In this document: one piece after another, positions 1 through 13,900 of the stretch
How the letters are laid out: every line of letters starts with the position of its first letter
Numbering within the stretch: the stretch's first letter is position 1
Origin: Nemertoderma westbladi
Lineage: Eukaryota; Animalia; Xenacoelomorpha
DNA: 64,000 nucleotides
Direction of reading: 5' to 3'
NCBI GenBank assembly: GCA_032718475.1
Contig: JAUCBJ010006329.1
Span: 62,001 to 126,000, forward strand
The notes under the pieces: generated by a model
Databases searched by the model: none
What the model saw: the letters and a program-made list of their open reading frames with translations, nothing else
Told to the model about the DNA's origin: nothing
Position numbers and translations under genes: made by a program

Positions 1-429
1 GACTTTCATTTAAGATTCGCTATCTCATAGAGTGGGTTAGAAGTTATAAATATGAAAATCGTTGTGGTTTTTGAAAAAAATCAAAGGATATTTTGGTTAA
101 TTATTGCTGAAAAACACCAAGGATTTTGACATGGCTTTAATACTTCATTATGTTCATGAAATAGCTGAGATATTTGAGGTGAATTATTGCATTACATAAT
201 AACTTTAACTGCAGCCACATTAGCAATACGATGAAACTATAATAAATATTCTAGAACACAACAATATTAACAGGGAGATAGGCTACTTATCTCTTCATTC
301 TGAGAGCCTCAAAAAGGGGGTGTTCCGACGCAATCAAAATTCATCCATCTCCTGGGGAAAGACGAAGCAAATAACAGCTGATTTCTTCTATAAATGAAAG
401 TGTTACCTGCTCTTTTGACTTTCATTTAA
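1..429. repeat. ~416-bp tandem satellite (array segment 1)
   Basis: Monomer start GACTTTCATTTAAG at 1 recurs at 417; the second monomer is split at its TTAA by the insertion at 430. Confidence 0.97.
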
Positions 430-1981
430 CCCTATTAAACCCGGGGGGGGGGTCAATATGACCCCCCCCGTGGTTTTTTTATTATAATTCTGAAACAAAC
501 GCAGTTGGGAATCTGAAATTTTATGACTTTTCCTAAAAATCTATTGTCTTCCTAGTAGTGAAAACCGTTTTCAAAAATATTGGGTACTTTTCGAGTTATA
601 GCACCATTTTTTAACCCTACTTTTGGCACTTTTTTTGAGACGTTTTTTGAAAATTACATTTCATTAAATATGAATTGTAACATCTCTAATTTTGATTTAC
701 ACCGGTTTTTTGGTGTTAGAAATTTGATGGAATTCATATAAATTGATTTAGAAATTTCAAACTTGTATTTTTCGGCGGGTACCAAATTTTGGTGCCAGCA
801 CCAAATTTTGAAATAAGTCAATTTTGTAAATTGAACGTTTGAAACTTGTTTTTTACGCAATTGGGGTTTTTTGGGTTTCTGGATTCAATGAAATATATGC
901 GAGTTGCACCAAGCGTATCAAACTTGTATTTTTCGGTGCTGTGTGCAAATTTTGGTGCTAGCACGAAATTTTGAAAAATCCATTCAATAGATAAAATTGC
1001 TTGTGACAATTTATTTCTTGCTTTTTAGAGGTTTATGGCTGTTCTGAATTCAATGGAAAATATAATTATCGAACTAGACATCTCAAACTTATTTTTCGGA
1101 TGTGGGTGCAAAATGTGGTGCTAGCACCAAATTTTGAAAACCATCAAATATATCAATTGATTGTGTCACCTTGTTTCTTGCGTTATACGGGTTTGTGATG
1201 GTTCTGAATTCAATGGAATCAGTAAAAATTTCATAAGAGTTCTCAAACTTGTATTTTTCGCCGGTGGGTGAAAATTGTTGTGCCAGCACCAAATTTTGGA
1301 AAATATGCAAATTGATAAGTAGATAGTATCACCTTGTTTCTTGCGTTATACGGGTTTATGAGGGTCCTGAATCCGATGGAATCAATAAAAACAGCACTGG
1401 ACATCGCAAACTTGTACTTTTTGGTGATGGGTACGAAATTTGGTGCTAGCACCAAAATTTGCCAAATTACGCCGAAAAATACAAGTAGCAATGATCTGGC
1501 ATATTAGAAATGTATTCCATTAGAATCAGCGTCCTCGAAAACCTGAAAATGTGAATTTATAGCATCGTATAAGTGAATTAAAAATTTTGTGTTCTAACTG
1601 AAAAGTGCTGGTTACTTGTTTTTTTCATTTTTTTCCTACGCAGAGAGGACTAAACAGCCATTTATAGTAATCATATCATTTTTTAATATTTTCCAATGTA
1701 TTTTGCACCCCAGAAAACCTGTATTGAAAAATAATTAGCCGAAAATGTAACTTTCAAATTTGGTGAAAATTGTGCACTACTTGTAATTTTGGTGCTGCAA
1801 TATAACCACCCCAGTACATTTGTTCGAAATTTTTTTTTTTCGGTCGGATCCAGACAAGTGATACCTACGTACAAACAAAAAATCAGACGTTTTCGTAAAT
1901 ATTTGTAGATTTTAGAGGGGGGGGTCAATATGACCCCCTCCCGGTATTTGTACAACATTTTATAGCCCGGTACTAATAGGG
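430..1981. mobile_element. Non-autonomous piggyBac-type DNA transposon, 1552 bp (copy 1)
   Basis: TTAA at 426-429 and 1982-1985. Ends CCCTATTAAACCCGGG...CCCGGTACTAATAGGG form an imperfect ~16-bp TIR with CCC/GGG termini. Subterminal palindrome GGGGTCAATATGACCCC at both ends. Removing it restores the monomer (gactttcatTTAAgattctct). No transposase ORF. Confidence 0.93.
700..1465. repeat. Internal ~162-bp tandem repeat (about 5 diverged units) inside piggyBac-type copy 1
   Basis: AAACTTGTATTTTTCG-like anchor at ~760, 921, 1085, 1246, 1408; each unit has a palindromic core TTGGTGCTAGCACCAA or a variant. Confidence 0.85.
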
Positions 1982-4900
1982 TTAAGATTCTCTATCTCGT
2001 GGAGTGGATTATAAGTTATAAATATGAAAATCGATGTGGTTTTTTAAAAAAATCAGAGGATATTTTGATAAATTATTGCTGAAAAACCCCAAGGATTTTG
2101 ACATGGCTTTAATACTTCATTATGTTCATGAAAAAACTGAGATATTTGAGGATTATTAAACTATAATAAATATTCTAGAACACAACAATATTAACAGGGA
2201 GATATGCTACTTATCTCTTCACTCTGAGAGCCTCAAGAACGGGGTGTTCCGACGCAATCAAATTTCATTCATCTCCATGGGAAAGACGAAGCAAATAACA
2301 GCTGATTTCTTCTATAAATGTAAGTGTTACCTGTTCTTTTGAATTTCATTTAAGATTCGCTATCTCATAGAGTGGGTTAGAAGTTATAAATATGAAAATC
2401 GTTGTGGTTTTAGAAAAAAATCAAAGGATATTTTGATTAATTATTGCTGAAAAACACCAAGGATTTTAACATGGCTTTAATACTTCATTATGTTCATGAA
2501 ATAGCTGAGATATTTGAGGTGAATTATTGCATTACATAATAACTTTAACTGAAGCCACATTAGCAATACGATGAAACTATAATAAATATTCTAGAACACA
2601 ACAATATTAACAGGGAGATAGGCTACTTATCTCTCCACTCTGAGAGCCTCAAAAAGGGCGTGTTCCGACGCTATCAAAATTCATCCATCTCCTGGGGAAA
2701 GACGAAGCAAAGAACAGCTGATTACTTCTATAAATGAAAGTGTTACCTGCTCCTTTGACTTTCATTTAAGATTCTTTATCATTTGGAGTGGGTTAGAAGT
2801 CATGAATATGAAAAACGATGTCGTTTTTTGTAAAAAATCTGAGGATATTTTGATAAATTATTGCTGAAAAACCCCAAGGATTTTGACATGGCTTTAATAC
2901 TTCATTATGTTCATGAAAAAACTGAGATATTTGAGGTGAATTTCATAATAACTTTAACTCCAGCCACTTTAGCAATACGATGAAACTATACTAAATATTC
3001 TAGAACACAACAATATTAACATGGAGATAGGATATTTATCTCTCCACTCAGGCAGCCACAGATAGGGAGGGGTGTTTTGACACAATCAAAATTCAACCAT
3101 CTCCAGGGGAAAGACGAAGCAAATAACAGCTGATTACTTCTATAAATGTAAGTGTTACCTGTTCTTTTGACTTTCATTTAAGATTCGCTATCTCATAGAG
3201 TGGGTTAGAAGTAATAAATATGAAAATCGTTGTGGTTTTTGAAAAAAATCAAAGGATATTTTGATTAATTATTGCTGAAAAACACCAAGGATTTTAACAT
3301 GGCTTTAATACTTCATTATGTTCATGAAATAGCTGAGATATTTGAGGTGAATTATTGCATTACATAATAACTTTAACTGCAGCCACATTAGCAATACGAT
3401 GAAACTATAATAAATATTCTAGAACACAACAATATTAACAGGGAGATAGGCTACTTATCTCTTCATTCTGAGAGCCTCAAAAAGGGGGTGTTCCGACGCA
3501 ATCAAAATTCATCCATCTCCTGGGGAAAGACGAAGCAAATAACAGCTGATTACTTCTATAAAGGAAAGTGTTACCTGTTCTTATGACTTTCGTTTAAGAT
3601 TCTCTATCTCGTGGAGTGGATTATAAGTTATAAATATGAATATCGATGTGGTTTTTGAAAAAAAATCAGAGGATATTTTGATAAATTATTGCTGAAAAAC
3701 CCCAAGGATTTTGACATGGCTTTAATACTTCATTATGTTCATGAAAAAACTGAGATATTTGAGGTGAATTATTGCATTACATAATAACTTTAACTCCAGC
3801 CACTTTAGTAATACGATGAAACTATACTAAATATTCTAGAACACAACAATATTAACATGGAGATAGGCTATTTATCTCTCCACTCAGGCAGCCACAGATA
3901 GGGAGGGGTGTTTTGACACAATCAAAATTCAACCATCTCCAGGGGAAAGACGAAGCAAAGAACAGCTGATTACTTCTATAAATGTAAGTGTTACCTGTTC
4001 TTTTGACTTTCATTTAAGATTCTTTATCTTTTGGAGTGGGTTAGAAGTCATGAATATGAAAAACGATGTCGTTTTTTGTAAAAAATCTGAGGATATTTTA
4101 ATAAATTATTGCTGAAAAACCCCATGGATTTTGACATGGCTTTAATACTCATTATATTCATGAAGAAACTGAGATATTTGAAGTGAATTATTGCATTACA
4201 TAATAACTTCAACTCTAGCCACATTAGCAATACGATGAAACTATAATAAAAATTCTAGACCACAACAATATTAACATGGAGATAGGCTACTTATCTCTCC
4301 ACTCTGAGAGCCTCAAAAAGGGGGTGTTCCGACGCAATCAAAATTCATCCATCTCCAGGGGAAAGACGAAGCAAAGAATAGCTGATTACTTCTATAAATG
4401 TAAGTGTTACCTGTTTTTTGACTTTCGTTTAAGATTCTTTATCTTGTGGACTGGGATAGAAGTCATGAATATGAAAATCGATGTCGTTTTTTGTAAAAAA
4501 TCGGAGGAGATTTTGATAAATTATTTTGACATGGCTTTAATACTTCATTATGTTCATGAAAAAACTGAGATATTTGAGGTGAATTCTTGCATTACATAAT
4601 AACTTTAACTCCAGCCACTTTAGCAATACGATGAAACTATACTAAATATTCTAGAACACAACAATATTAACAGGGAGATAGGCTACTTATCTCTTCACTC
4701 TGAGAGCCTCAAGAACGGGGTGTTCCGACGCAATCAAATTTCATTCATCTCCATGGGAAAGACGAAGCAAAGAACAGCTGATTACTTCTATAAATGTAAG
4801 TGTTACCTGTTCTTTTGACTTTCATTTAAGATTCGCTATCTCATAGAGTGGGTTAGAAGTTATAAATATGAAAATCGTTGTGGTTTTTGAAAAAAATCAA

Positions 4901-7900
4901 AGGATATTTTGATTAATTATTGCTGAAAAACACCAAGGATTTTGACATGGCTTTAATACTTCATTATGTTCATGAAAAAACTGAGATATTTGAGGATTAT
5001 TAAACTATAATAAATATTCTAGAACACAACAATATTAACAGGGAGATAGGCTACTTATCTCCTTCACTCTGAGAGCCTCAATAACGGGGTGTTCCGACGC
5101 AATCAAATTTCATTCATCTCCATGGGAAAGACGACGCAAAGAACAGCTGATTACTTCTATAAATGTAAGTGCTACCTGTTCTTTTGACTTTCATTTAAGA
5201 TTCGCTATCTCATAGAGTGGGTTAGAAGTTATAAATATGAAAATCGTTGTGGTTTTTGAAAAAAATCAAAGGATATTTTGATTAATTATTGCTGAAAAAC
5301 ACCAAGGATTTTAACATGGCTTTAATACTTCATTATGTTCATGAAATAGCTGAGATATTTGAGGTGAATTATTGCATTACATAATAACTTTAACTGCAGC
5401 CACATTAGCAATACGATGATACTATAATAAATATTCTAGAACACAACAATATTAACAGGGAGATATGCTACTTATCTCTCCACTCTGAGAGCCTCAAAAA
5501 GGGGGTGTTCCGACGCTATCAAAATTCATCCATCTCCTGGGGAAAGACGAAGCAAAGAACAGCTGATTACTTCTATAAATGAAAGTGTTACCTGCTCCTT
5601 TGACTTTCATTTAAGATTCTTTATCTTTTGGAGTGGGTTAGAAGTCATGAATATGAAAAACGATGTCGTTTTTTGTAAAAAATCTGAGGATATTTTGATA
5701 AATTATTGCTGAAAAACCCCAAGGATTTTGACATTGCTTTAATACTTCATTATGTTCATGAAAAAACTGAGATATTTGAGGTGAATTATTGCATTACATA
5801 ATAACTTTAACTCCATCCACTTTAGCAATACGACGAAACTATAATAAATATTCTAGAACACAACAATATTAACATGGAGATAGGCTACTTATCTCTCCAC
5901 TCTGAGAGCCTCAAAAAGGGGGTGTTCCGACGCAATCAAAATTCATCCATCTCCAGGGGAAAGACGAAGCAAAGAATAGCTGATTACTTCTATAAATATA
6001 AGTGATCTGTTCTTATGACTTTCGTTTAAGATTCTCTATCTTGTGGAGTGGGTTAGAAGTTATAAATATGAAAATCGATGTGGTTTTTGAAAAAAATCAG
6101 AGGATATTTTGATAAATTATAGCTGAAAAACCCCAAGGATTTTGACATGGCTTTAATACTCATTATATTCATGAAATAGCTGAGATATTTGAGGTGAATT
6201 ATTGCGTTACATATTAACTTTGGCTCCAGCCGCTTTGGCAATACGATGAAACTATAATAAAAATTCTAGACCACAACAATATTAACAGGGAGATAGGCTA
6301 CTTATCTCTTCATTCTGAGAGCCTCAAAAAGGGGGTGTTCCGACTCAATCAAAATTCATCCATCTCCTGGGGAAAGACGAAGCAAATAACAGCTGATTAC
6401 TTCTATAAAGGAAAGTGTTACCTGTTCTTATCACTTTCGTTTAAGATTCTCTATCTCGTGGAGTGGATTATAAGTTATAAATATGAAAATCGATGTGGTT
6501 TTTGAAAAAAATCAGAGGATATTTTGATAAATTATTGCTGAAAAACCCCAAGTATTTTGACATGGCTTTAATACTCATTATATTCATGAAATAGCTGAGA
6601 TATTTGAGGTGAATTATTGCGTTACATATTAACTTTGGCTCCAGCCGCTTTGGCAATACGATGAAACTATACTAAATATTCTAGAACACAACAATATTAA
6701 CATGGAGATAGGCTATTTATCTCTCCACTCAGGCAGCCACAGATAGGGAGGGGTGTTTTGACAAAATCAAAATTCAACCATCTCCAGGGGAAAGACGAAG
6801 CAAATAACAGCTGATTACTTCTATAAATGTAAGTGTTACCTGTTCTTTTGACTTTCATTTAAGATTCGCTATCTCATAGAGTGGGTTAGAAGTTATAAAT
6901 ATGAAAATCGTTGTGGTTTTTGAAAAAAATCAAAGGATATTTTGATTAATTATTGCTGAAAAACACCAAGGATTTTAACATGGCTTTAATACTTCATTAT
7001 GTTCATGAAATAGCTGAGATATTTGAGGTGAATTATTGCATTACATAATAACTTTAACTGCAGCCACATTAGCAATACGATGAAACTATAATAAATATTC
7101 TAGAACACAACAATATTAACAGGGAGATAGGCTACTTATCTCTCCACTCTGAGAGCCTCAAAAAGGGCGTGTTCCGGCGCTATCAAAATTCATCCATCTC
7201 CTGGGGAAAGACGAAGCAAAGAACAGCTGATTACTTCTATAAATGAAAGTGTTACCTGTTCTTTTGAATTTCATTTAAGATTCGCTATCTCATAGAGTGG
7301 GTTAGAAGTTATAAATATGAAAATCGTTGTGGTTTTTGAAAAAAATCAAAGGATATTTTGATTAATTATTGCTGAAAAACCCCAAGGATTTTAACATGGC
7401 TTTAATACTTCATTATGTTCATGAAATAGCTGAGATATTTGAGGTGAATTATTGCATTACATAATAACTTTAACTGAAGCCACATTAGCAATACGATGAA
7501 ACTATAATAAATATTCTAGAACACAACAATATTAACAGGGAGATAGGCTATTTATCTCTCCACTCTGAGAGCCTCAAAAAGGGCGTGTTCCGGCGCCATC
7601 AAAATTCATCCATCTCCTGGGGAAAGACGAAGCAAAGAACAGCTGATTACTTCTATAAATGAAAGTGTTACCTGCTCCTTTGACTTTCATTTAAGATTCT
7701 TTATCTTTTGGAGTGGGTTAGAAGTCATGAATATGAAAAACGATGTCGTTTTTTGTAAAAAATCTGAGGATATTTTGATAAATTATTGCTGAAAAACCCC
7801 AAGGATTTTGACATGGCTTTAATACTTCATTATGTTCATGAAAAAACTGAGATATTTGAGGTGAATTATTGCATTACATAATAACTTTAACTCCAGCCAC

Positions 7901-10900
7901 TTTAGTAATACGATGAAACTATACTAAATATTCTAGAACACAACAATATTAACATGGAGATAGGCTATTTATCTCTCCTCTCAGGCAGCCACAGATAGGG
8001 AGGGGTGTTTTGACACAATCAAAATTCAACCATCTCCAGGGGAAAGACGAAGCAAATAACAGCTGATTACTTCTATAAATGTAAGTGTTACCTGTTCTTT
8101 TGACTTTCATTTAAGATTCGCTATCTCATAGAGTGGGTTAGAAGTTATAAATATGAAAATCGTTGTGGTTTTTGAAAAAAATCAAAGGATATTTTGATTA
8201 ATTATTGCTGAAAAACACCAAGGATTTTAACATGGCTTTAATACTTCATTATGTTCATGAAATAGCTGAGATATTTGAGGTGAATTATTGCATTACATAA
8301 TAACTTTAACTGCAGCCACATTAGCAATACGATGAAACTATAATAAATATTCTAGAACACAACAATATTAACAGGGAGATAGGCTACTTATCTCTCCACT
8401 CTGAGAGCCTCAAAAAGGGCGTGTTCCGACGCTATCAAAATTCATCCATCTCCTGGGGAAAGACGAAGCAAAGAACAGCTGATTACTTCTATAACTGAAA
8501 GTGTTACCTGTTCTTATGACTTTCGTTTAAGATTCTCTATCTTGTGGAGTGGATTAGAAGTTATAAATATGAAAATCGATGTGGTTTTTGAAAAAAATCA
8601 GAGGATATTTTGATAAATTATTGCTGAAAAACCCAAAGTATTTTGACATGGCTTTAATACTCATTATATTCATGAAATAGCTGAGATATTTGAGGTGAAT
8701 TATTGCGTTACATATTAACTTTGGCTCCTGCCGCTTTGGCAATACGATGAAACTATAATAAAAATTCTAGACCACAACAATATTAACAGGGAGATAGGCT
8801 ACTTATCTCTTCATTCTGAGAGCCTCAAAAAGGGGGTGTTCCGACGCAATCAAAATTCATCCATCTCCTGGGGAAAGACGAAGGAAATAACAGCTGATTT
8901 CTTCTATAAATGAAAGTGTTACCTGCTCTTTTGACTTTCATTTAAGATTCTCTATCTCGTGGAGTGGATTATAAGTTATAAATATGAAAATCGATGTGGT
9001 TTTTTAAAAAAATCAGAGGATATTTTGATAAATTATTGCTGAAAAACCCCAAGGATTTTGACATGGCTTTAATACTTCATTATGTTCATGAAAAAACTGA
9101 GATATTTGAGGATTAATAAACTATAATAAATATTCTAGAACACAACAATATTAACAGGGAGATAGGCTACTTATCTCTTCACTCTGAGAGCCTCAAGAAC
9201 GGGGTGTTCCGACGCAATCAAATTTCATTCATCTCCATGGGAAAGACGACGCAAAGAACAGCTGATTACTTCTATAAATGTAAGTGTTACCTGTTCTTTT
9301 GAATTTCATTTAAGATTCGCTATCTCATAGAGTGGGTTAGAAGTTATAAATATGAAAATCGTTGTGGTTTTTGAAAAAAATCAAAGGATATTTTGATTAA
9401 TTATTGCTGAAAAACACCAAGGATTTTAACATGGCTTTAATACTTCATTATGTTCATGAAATAGCTGAGATATTTGAGGTGAATTATTGCATTACATAAT
9501 AACTTTAAATGAAGCCACATTAGCAATACGATGAAACTATAATAAATATTCTAGAACACAACAATATTAACAGGGAGATAGGCTACTTATCTCTCCACTC
9601 TGAGAGCCTCAAAAAGGGCGTGTTCCGACGCTATCAAAATTAATGCCATCTCCTGGGGAAAGACGAAGCAAAGAACAGCTGATTACTTCTATAAATGAAA
9701 GTGTTACCTGCTCCTTTGACTTTCATTTAAGATTCTTTATCATTTGGAGTGGGTTAGAAGTCATGAATATGAAAAACGATGTCGTTTTTTGTAAAAAATC
9801 TGAGGATATTTTGATAAATTATTGCTGAAAAACCCCAAGGATTTTGACATGGCTTTAATACTTTATTATGTTCATGAAAAAACTGAGATATTTGAGGTGA
9901 ATTACATAATAACTTTAACTCCAGCCACTTTAGCAATACGATGAAACTATACTAAATATTCTAGAACACAACAATATTAACATGGAGATAGGCGATTTAT
10001 CTCTCCACTCAGGCAGCCACAGATAGGGAGGGGTGTTTTGACACAATCAAAATTCAACCATCTCCAGGGGAAAGACGAAGCAAATAACAGCTGATTACTT
10101 CTATAAATGTAAGTGTTACCTGTTCTTTTGACTTTCATTTAAGTTTCGCTATCTCATAGAGTGGGTTAGAAGTTATAAATATGAAAATCGTTGTGGTTTT
10201 TGAATAAAATCAAAGGATATTTTGATTAATTATTGCTGAAAAACACCAAGGATTTTAACATGGCTTTAATACTTCATTATGTTCATGAAATAGCTGAGAT
10301 ATTTGAGGTGAATTATTGCATTACATAATAACTTTAACTGCAGCCACATTAGCAATACGATGAAACTATAATAAATATTCTAGAACACAACAATATTATC
10401 AGGGAGATAGGCTACTTATCTCTTCATTCTGAGAGCCTCAAAAAGGGCGTGTTCCGACGCTATGAAAATTCATCCATCTCCTGGGGAAAGACGAAGCAAA
10501 TAACAGCTGATTACTTCTATAAAGGAAAGTGTTACCTGTTCTTATGACTTTCGTTTAAGATTCTCTATCTCGTGGAGTGGATTATAAGTTATAAATATGA
10601 ATATCGATGTGGTTTTTGAAAAAAATCAGAGGATATTTTGATAAATTATTGCTGAAAAACACCAAGGATTTTGACATGGCTTTAATACTCATTATATTCA
10701 TAAAATAGCTGAGATATTTGAGGTGAATTATTGCGTTACATATTAACTTTGGCTCCAGCCGCTTTGGCAATACGATGAAACTATAATAAATATTATAGAA
10801 CACAACAATATTAACAGGGAGATAGGCTACTTATCTCTCCACTCTGAGAGCCTCAAAAAGGGCATGTTCCGACGCTATCAAAATTCATCCATCTCCTGGG

Positions 10901-13900
10901 GAAAGACGAAGCAAAGAACAGCTGATTACTTCTATAACTGAAAGTGTTACCTGTTCTTATGACTTTCGTTTAAGATTCTCTATCATGTGGAGTGGATTAG
11001 AAGTTATAAATATGAAAATCGATGTGGTTTTTGAAAAAAATCAGAGGATATTTTGATAAATTATTGCTGAAAAACCCCAAGTATTTTGACATGGCTTTAA
11101 TACTCATTATATTCATGAAATAGCTGAGATATTTGAGGTGAATTATTGCGTTACATATTAACTTTGGCTCCAGCCGCTTTGGCAATACGATGAAACTATA
11201 ATAAAAATTCTAGACCACAACAATATTAACAGGGAGATAGGCTACTTATCTCTTCATTCTGAGAGCATCAAAAAGGGGGTGTTCCGACGCAATCAAAATT
11301 CATCCATCTCCTGGGGAAAGACGAAGCAAATAACAGCTGATTACTTCTATAAAGGAAAGTGTTACCTGTTCTTATGACTTTCGTTTAAGATTCTCTATCT
11401 TGTGGAGTGGATTATAAGTTATAAATATGAAAATCGATGTGGTTTTTGAAAAAAATCAGAGGATATTTTGATAAATTATTGCTGAAAAACCCCAAGGATT
11501 TTGACATGGGTTTAATACTCATTATATTCATGAAATAGCTGAGATATTTGAGGTGAATTATTGCGTTACATATTAACTTTGGCTCCAGCCGCTTTGGCAA
11601 TACGATGAAACTATAATAAATATTCTAGAACACAACAATATTAACAGGGAGATAGCCTACTTATCTCTCCACTCTGAGAGCCTCAAAAAGGGGGTGTTCC
11701 GACGCAATCAAAATTCATCCATCTCCAGGGGAAAGACGAAGCAAAGAATAGCTGATTACTTCTATAAATGTAAGTGTTACCTGTTCTTTTGACTTTCATT
11801 TAATATTGTTTATCTTGTGGAGTGGGTTAGAAATCATGAATTTGAAAATCGATGTCCTTTTTGTAAAGAATCTGAGGATATTTTAATAAATTATTGCTGA
11901 AAAACCCCATGGATTTTGACATGGCTTTAATACTCATTATATTCATGAACAAACTGAGATATTTGAAGTGAATTATTGCATTACATAATAACTTTAACTC
12001 TAGCCACATTAGCAATACGATGAAACTATAATAAAAATTCTAGACCACAACAATATTAACAGGGAGATAGGCTACTTATCTCTTCATTCTGAGAGCCTCA
12101 AAAAGGGGGTGTTCCGACGCAATCAAAGTTCATCCATCTCCTGGGGAAAGACGAAGCAAATAACAGCTGATTAATTCTATAAATGTAAGTGTTACCTGTT
12201 TTTTGACTTTCGTTTAAGATTCTTTATCTTGTGGACTGGGATAGAAGTCGTGAATATGAAAATCGTTGTCGTTTTTTGAAAAAAATCAGAGGAGATTTTA
12301 ATAAATTATTGCTGAAAAAAACCAAGGATTTTGACAAGGATTTAATACTCATTATATTCATGAAATAGCTGAGATATTTGAGGTGAATTATTGTATCACA
12401 TATTAACTTCGGCACCAGCCGCTTTGGCAATACGATGAAACTATAATAAATATTCCAGAACACAACAATATTAATAGGGAGATAGGCTACTTATCCCTCC
12501 ACTCTGAGAGCCTCAAAAACGGTGTGTTCCGACGCAATCAAAGTTCATCCATCTCCAGGGGAAAGACGAAGCACCTAACAGCTGAATACTTCTATAAAGG
12601 AAAGTGTTACCTGTTCTTATGACTTTTGTTTAAGATTCTCTATCTCGTGGAGTGGATTAGAAGTTATAAATATGAAAATCGATGTGGTTTTTGAAAAAAA
12701 TCAGAGGATATTTTGATAAATTATTGCTGAAAAACCCCAAGGATTTTGACATGGCTTTAATACTCATTATATTCATGAAATAGCTGAGATATTTGAGGTG
12801 AATTATTGCGTTACATATTAACTTTGGCTCCAGCCGCTTTGGCAATACGATGAAACTATAATAAATATTCTAGAACACAACAATATTAGCAGGGAGATAT
12901 TCTACTTATCTCTCCACTCTGAGAGCTTCAAAAAGGGGGTGTTCCGACGCAATCAAAATTCATCCATCTCCAGGGGAAAGACGAAGCAAAGAATAGCTCA
13001 TTACTTCTATAAATGTAAGTGTTACCTGTTCTTTTGACTTTCATTTAAGATTGTTTATCTTGTGGAGTGGGTTAGAAATCATGAATATGAAAATCGATGT
13101 CGTTTTTTGTAAAAAATCTGAGGATATTTTGATAAATTATTGCTGAAAAACCCCAAGGATTTTGACATGGCTTTAATACTTCATTATGTTCATGAAAAAA
13201 CTGAGATATTTGAGGATTATTAAACTATAATAAATATTCTAGAACACAACACTATTAACAGTGAGATAGGCTACTTATCTCTTCACTCTGAGAGCCTCAA
13301 GAACGGGGTGTTCCGACGCAATCAAATTTCATTCATCTCCATGGGAAAGACGACGCAAAGAACAGCTGATTACTTCTATAAATGTAAGTGTTACCTGTTC
13401 TTTTGACTTTCATTTAAGATTCTCTATCTCGTGGAGTGGATTAGAAGTTATAAATATGAAAATCGATGTGGTTTTTGTAAAAAATCTGAGGATATTTTGA
13501 TAAATTATTGCTGAAAAACCCCAAGGAATTTGACATGGCTTTAATACTTCATTATGTTCATGAAAAAACTGAGATATTTGAGGTGAATTATTGCATTACA
13601 TAATAACTTTAACTCCATCCACTTTAGCAATACGATAAAACTATAATAAATATTCTAGAACACAACAATATTAACAGGGAGATAGGCTACTTATCTCTTC
13701 ACTCTGAGAGCCTCAAAAACGGTGTGTTCCGACGCAATCAAAATTAATCCATCTCCAGGGGAAAGACGAAGCAAAGAACAGCTGATTACTTCTATAAATG
13801 TAAGTGTTACCTGTTCTTTTGACTTTCATTTAAGATTCGCTATCTCATTGAGTGGGTTAGAAGTTATAAATATAAAAATCGATGTGGTTTTTGAAAAAAA

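Noticed and set aside
299-365. Hammerhead ribozyme in the monomer (CTGAGAG...stem...GAAA), as known in some animal satellites
   Set aside because: The core is not CUGANGA and no GAAA follows the short stem; I could not build stems I and III. An Infernal search would settle it.
1-416. Monomer as a 5S rRNA, tRNA or snRNA tandem gene unit, or carrying a CENP-B box
   Set aside because: No recognisable A/B/C boxes, cloverleaf or TTCG....A..CGGG motif seen by eye.
654-1958. Short ORFs in the piggyBac-type element (also 48089-48940) as transposase remnants
   Set aside because: They come from the 162-bp internal repeat and end sequences; no piggyBac DDD or Cys-rich motifs.
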